A stretch of 64,000 bases of DNA from Camelus ferus (lineage: Eukaryota). The stretch covers positions 2,916,001-2,980,000 of the forward strand of contig NC_045698.1 in the NCBI RefSeq assembly GCF_009834535.1. Direction: 5' to 3'. The translations under genes and the position numbers were made by a program. Shown here one piece after another: positions 63,811-64,000 of the stretch. The notes under the pieces were generated by a model. That model was not told where the DNA came from and did no database searches. It was given only the letters and a program-made list of their open reading frames with translations. Each line of letters opens with the position of its first letter. Within the stretch, counting starts at the first letter, position 1.

Positions 63811-64000
63811 TTCCAGAGCAAGGACTGGGCCTTTTCATTTCCTCCCCATGCTCTAGTGTCTAACCCAGTGCCTGTTACATTTTAGGTGATCAATAAATAT
63901 TTGTTAAGTCATGTGGTAGTTAGGAGACACTTGAGATACCCCCCTCTAGAAATATTCTCAGAGTGCGTAAGAGTGAACAGAATGTTCTTTCCATGCGGTC

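Overview
Mammalian genomic DNA, very probably camelid: a tRNA-derived Vic-1-type SINE lies at about 35.6-35.8 kb, cetartiodactyl-type L1 3' ends are present, and I saw no Alu, BovB/Bov-tA or PRE-1. The window is gene-poor and repeat-rich (L1, L2, MIR, MaLR/MLT1, one intact MER41-like ERV1 solo LTR, microsatellites). It has three CpG islands (about 4.0-4.8, 30.2-31.4 and 39.6-41.3 kb) and several repeat-free, motif-dense blocks that look like conserved enhancers. I recognise no known protein-coding gene, so no gene symbols are given. The best novel candidate is a minus-strand chain of six GT-AG exons running from the first CpG island to a double AATAAA. These exons can be joined in phase into a 143-aa ORF with a hydrophobic N-terminus and basic cleavage-like sites. 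This is a hypothesis, and the 3' three exons are better supported than the 5' three. Other notable items are a twin-primed (5'-inverted) L1 with TSDs, an internally deleted and 3'-truncated L1, and two isolated candidate exons near the right end. Repeat families were assigned by eye from remembered consensus sequences, and boundaries of old repeats are approximate.
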